A stretch of DNA of 64,000 nt from an uncultured Acidobacteriaceae bacterium. Its GTDB lineage: Bacteria > Acidobacteriota > Terriglobia > Terriglobales > Acidobacteriaceae. Numbering within the stretch: the first letter of the stretch is position 1; every line of letters begins with the position of its first letter. The DNA is taken from assembly GCA_964641665.1 (NCBI GenBank), contig CAZXKO010000038.1:118271-182270 (forward strand), given 5' to 3'. A program made the position numbers and the translations under genes. The notes beneath the pieces were generated by a model. It made no database searches and was not told the DNA's origin. It worked only from the letters and a program-made list of their open reading frames with translations. Shown in pieces: positions 61,779-64,000 of this stretch.

Positions 61779-63364
61779 GTGCTGCGGCCATCCCGATGAA
61801 CCAAGCGGAGGCGTGGCGTCCGGCGGTCAATCCCTGGATCATTGCCCTCGCGGTCACCTTGGCAACCTTCATGGAGGTGCTCGACACCAGCATCGCCAAC
61901 GTCGCGTTGCCGCATATCGCGGGGAGTCTTTCGGCGGGGCAGGATGAAAGCACCTGGGTGCTGACGTCGTACCTGGTTTCGAACGCAATCGTTCTTCCCC
62001 TTAGCGGGTGGCTGTCTTCGATCGTGGGACGCAAGCGCTTCTACATGGGCTGCGTCTTCCTGTTCACGGTGAGTTCTTTCCTGTGCGGATTCGCTCCGAA
62101 TCTTCCAGCGCTGATCATTTTCCGGATTCTCCAGGGCGCGGGCGGAGGTGGCTTGCAACCGAGTGAACAGGCGATTCTAGCGGACACATTCCCGCCGGCA
62201 AAGCGCGGGATGGCGTTCGCCGTCTATGGGATCGCGGTGGTCATGGCGCCGGCGATCGGTCCCACCCTGGGTGGATGGATTACCGACAACTACAGCTGGC
62301 GCTGGATTTTCTTCGTGAACATTCCCGTCGGGATTCTGTCGCTGTTGTTGACTTCACGACTGATCCAGGATCCTCCGTATTTCCGGCGGCGCAAACTAAG
62401 TGAGACCAAGATTGACTATGTCGGCCTGGGCTTCGTGGCGCTGGGGTTGGGAGCTCTGCAGATCGTGCTCGACAAGGGCCAGCGCGACGACTGGTTCGAG
62501 TCCCACTTCATCCTGATACTCTCCGCAGTTTCGGCCGTATCGCTGTTGTTCGTGATCTGGTGGGAGTGGAGGCACAAGGATCCGATCATCGATCTGCATC
62601 TGTTTAAGGAACGTACGTTTGCGGTTTCGAATCTGCTGATGTTCATGCTGGGTTTTGCACTGCTGGGCAGCACGTTGCTGCTGCCGTTGTTCCTGCAGAC
62701 GCTGATGGGGTATACGGCGCAGCTTTCGGGGATGGCACTGTCGCCGGGCGGATTCGTCATCATGTTGATGATGCCGCTGGTGGGGTTTCTACTCTCGCGG
62801 TATGACGGCCGGTATCTGCTTTTGTTCGGACTGTCGATGTTGTCATTTTCGCTGTTCCACATGACGCGGTTTACGCTGGGTATCGATTTCAAGACGGCGG
62901 TGTACGCGCGCATGCTGCAGGCCGTCGGCCTGGCGTTTTTGTTTGTTCCCATCAATACCGCGGCGTATGCGTATCTGCCGCGGGAGAAAAATAACGCCGC
63001 GTCGGGCCTGATGAATCTGGCGCGGAATATCGGCGGAAGTGTCGGGATCTCGTTTGTGACGACCATGCTGGACCGCCGAACGCAAAAACACCTGAGCGAC
63101 CTGATGACCCAATTGACTGGCGCGAATGCGCACTTTCAGGCGGTGCTGCGGGGGATCGCGGGGTCGCTGGTGGCGCACGGTACGAGTCCGGCCGATGCTC
63201 AAAGGCAAGCCTATGGGGTGCTATACAACGTGGCGCAACGGCAGGCCACGCTGCTGGCCTATGTGGATGACTTCTACATTCTGGGCTTCGCGATTCTGGC
63301 CATGATTCCCATGGTCTTTCTTATGAAGCGAACGAAATCAGGCGGGGAAATGGCGGTACACTAA
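61775..63364 (+). CDS. DHA2-family MFS efflux transporter (EmrB/QacA-like, 14 TM)
   Basis: 529 aa. LDTSIANVALPHI and GRKRFYM motifs. 4-nt overlap with the upstream gene. Confidence 0.9.
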   Translation: MSAAAIPMNQAEAWRPAVNPWIIALAVTLATFMEVLDTSIANVALPHIAGSLSAGQDESTWVLTSYLVSNAIVLPLSGWLSSIVGRKRFYMGCVFLFTVSSFLCGFAPNLPALIIFRILQGAGGGGLQPSEQAILADTFPPAKRGMAFAVYGIAVVMAPAIGPTLGGWITDNYSWRWIFFVNIPVGILSLLLTSRLIQDPPYFRRRKLSETKIDYVGLGFVALGLGALQIVLDKGQRDDWFESHFILILSAVSAVSLLFVIWWEWRHKDPIIDLHLFKERTFAVSNLLMFMLGFALLGSTLLLPLFLQTLMGYTAQLSGMALSPGGFVIMLMMPLVGFLLSRYDGRYLLLFGLSMLSFSLFHMTRFTLGIDFKTAVYARMLQAVGLAFLFVPINTAAYAYLPREKNNAASGLMNLARNIGGSVGISFVTTMLDRRTQKHLSDLMTQLTGANAHFQAVLRGIAGSLVAHGTSPADAQRQAYGVLYNVAQRQATLLAYVDDFYILGFAILAMIPMVFLMKRTKSGGEMAVH

Positions 63365-63378
63365 TATCGGAGGGCGAT

Positions 63379-64000
63379 ATGTTCCGGATCGTCACACTTG
63401 AACGTGAGTACGGGTGCGGGTGCGCCGGAATTGCAGCCGAACTAGCCGGCCGTCTGCGCTGGAAGCTCTGGGATCATTTGCTTACGGAAGAAATCGCGAA
63501 ACAGGCCAACGTGGACTGCGGAACCGTCGAGCGGCGCGAAGAAAAAGTCGATGGCACGTTTTACCGGCTGGCTAAAACCTTCTGGCGCGGTAGCTACGAG
63601 CGCAGCATGCCGATCGCCGAGTCGGAGACCTTCGATGCCGACTGCATGGTGGCGATGATGGAGGGGATCACTGCGCGGATTGCCGAGGAAGGCAATGCCG
63701 TGGTGGTTGGCCGGGGGGCGCCCTATTTCCTGCGCGAACGCCAGGATACCTTCCGAGTGTTTCTGTACGCGCCTCGAGAAGAAAAAATCCGTCGCCTGCT
63801 GGCCGCGGGAACGAGTCAATCAGAAGCCGACGAGCTGGTCGACACGGTTGATCGTGAACGCATTGCCTTCATCAAGCATTATTTCGATGCGGACTGGCCC
63901 ACCCGGGCGCTGTATCACCTCATGATCAATACATCGATCGGAGATGAGAAAGTCATCGCGACGATTTTGGACACGATGCGCCTGGTTGAAGAAAAGACCG
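63379..64000 (+). CDS. cytidylate-kinase-like family protein (3' end outside window)
   Basis: GGAGGG RBS. MFRIVTLEREYGCGCAGIA..VVVGRGAPYFL..ERIAFIKHYF. The frame is open to the window edge and so is absent from the ORF track. Confidence 0.65.
   Translation, partial: MFRIVTLEREYGCGCAGIAAELAGRLRWKLWDHLLTEEIAKQANVDCGTVERREEKVDGTFYRLAKTFWRGSYERSMPIAESETFDADCMVAMMEGITARIAEEGNAVVVGRGAPYFLRERQDTFRVFLYAPREEKIRRLLAAGTSQSEADELVDTVDRERIAFIKHYFDADWPTRALYHLMINTSIGDEKVIATILDTMRLVEEKT

Noticed and set aside
1-64000. Mobile genetic element, prophage, defence island or toxin-antitoxin modules.
   Set aside because: I found no integrase, transposase, recombinase, phage structural, restriction-modification, Cas, retron-RT or typical TA gene in any frame. 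Only small non-autonomous repeats are present.

Overview
GC-rich bacterial chromosomal DNA. The gene content and the style of the intergenic hairpin repeats suggest an Acidobacteriota-like soil bacterium, but this is inference only. 1-31.5 kb is a large surface-glycan/EPS locus. It holds GT4 and GT2 glycosyltransferases, a GT-C-like membrane transferase, a Wzx-type flippase, a nucleotide-sugar dehydrogenase, a bi-domain oxidoreductase, an AsnB-type amidotransferase, a heparinase II/III-like protein, a deacetylase, a pyruvyl transferase, two methyltransferases and two paralogous secreted beta-helix proteins. Embedded in it is a sulfate-activation module (sat-cysC fusion, TauE/TSUP permease, CysQ-like phosphatase). 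32-44 kb is a regulatory and envelope block: two duplicated tandem pairs of sensor-less LuxR/GerE mini-proteins, two zinc-ribbon single-pass membrane proteins (GAF, Sel1), a TolC-MFP-RND operon and a PilZ protein. 45-47.8 kb is a repeat-rich, poorly coding stretch plus a subclass B3 metallo-beta-lactamase. 47.8-57.3 kb is one co-directional pentose-phosphate cluster (tkt, fused tal-pgi, gnd, zwf, glk, pgl). 57.5-64 kb has two more PilZ genes, a TolC/EmrA/EmrB-like efflux operon and a partial cytidylate-kinase-like gene. I recognised no rRNA, tRNA, CRISPR, transposase or integrase. The best candidates for something undescribed are (i) the duplicated, translationally overlapping LuxR-solo A/B pairs, each divergent from an envelope operon, (ii) a PAPS-supply module inside the glycan locus, implying a sulfated, heavily decorated polysaccharide, and (iii) the paralogous beta-helix protein pair with near-identical nucleotide tracts. 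All functional calls rest on motif recognition by eye; no database search or computation was possible.
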